From: Octopus sinensis
Taxonomy: Eukaryota
DNA: 64,000 nt
Reading direction: 5' to 3'
NCBI RefSeq assembly: GCF_006345805.1
Contig: NC_043000.1
Location: 57,164,001-57,228,000, forward strand
Positions 63,641 through 64,000 of this stretch are shown here, piece by piece. Below the pieces are notes generated by a model. That model saw only the letters and a program-made list of their open reading frames with translations. It did no database searches and was not told the DNA's origin. Position 1 is the first letter of the stretch; every line of letters begins with the position of its first letter. Both the position numbers and the translations under genes were made by a program.

Positions 63641-64000
63641 CTTTATCTGAGAATAGAATAAGAGGAGCACACTCCATCACATAGTGATTCATGATTGTAT
63701 GAAGCACCAGTGAGAATAATATTTGGCACTAAACAAGGGAATGAGGAGAAAGTGATGACAAAGGAGGAGGAGGAAATAGGTCTGACACCACCTGAAACTA
63801 AAATACCCATATTTTAGTTTCAGATCTAAAGCATAAAATGCTTTAGACCTCATCCATGATAATGGATGCTTTATGGGTGACTTTGAGTACATTAGATTCA
63901 ATAATGGAAAATAATCAGTCATACTGTGCTACAGTCTGTAGCGTAATTGATATTCTCACTGTTTGAGAGACACATTAGAAATTATCTCGTTTGAGATTAC

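Overview
AT-rich eukaryotic genomic DNA, intronic or intergenic, with no protein-coding host gene that I can confidently identify. The repeat complement (tRNA-derived SINEs, RTE-LINE tails ending in (GAT)n, piggyBac-type MITEs, dense microsatellites) matches what I recall of Octopus genomes; the species assignment is an inference. Most ORFs in the supplied track are artefacts of microsatellites or of repeats read on the wrong strand. The protein-coding remnants I can recognise all come from transposable elements: RTE and R4/Dong LINEs, a CR1/L2-like 3' end, a hAT-Charlie/Buster transposase, a Tigger/pogo transposase, two Tc1/mariner transposases and a Gypsy gag. The most notable structures are: (1) a bounded ~1.7 kb LTR element with a 5-bp TSD, PBS, gag and PPT but no pol; (2) an RTE LINE 3' end with a 5' inversion of twin-priming geometry; (3) RTE 3' ends carrying variable tandem arrays, one of them built from the end of the ORF; (4) long foldback MITEs and two non-autonomous Helitrons. 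All alignments were done by eye, so coordinates of old repeats are approximate. SINE family letters (A-F) are my own working labels.
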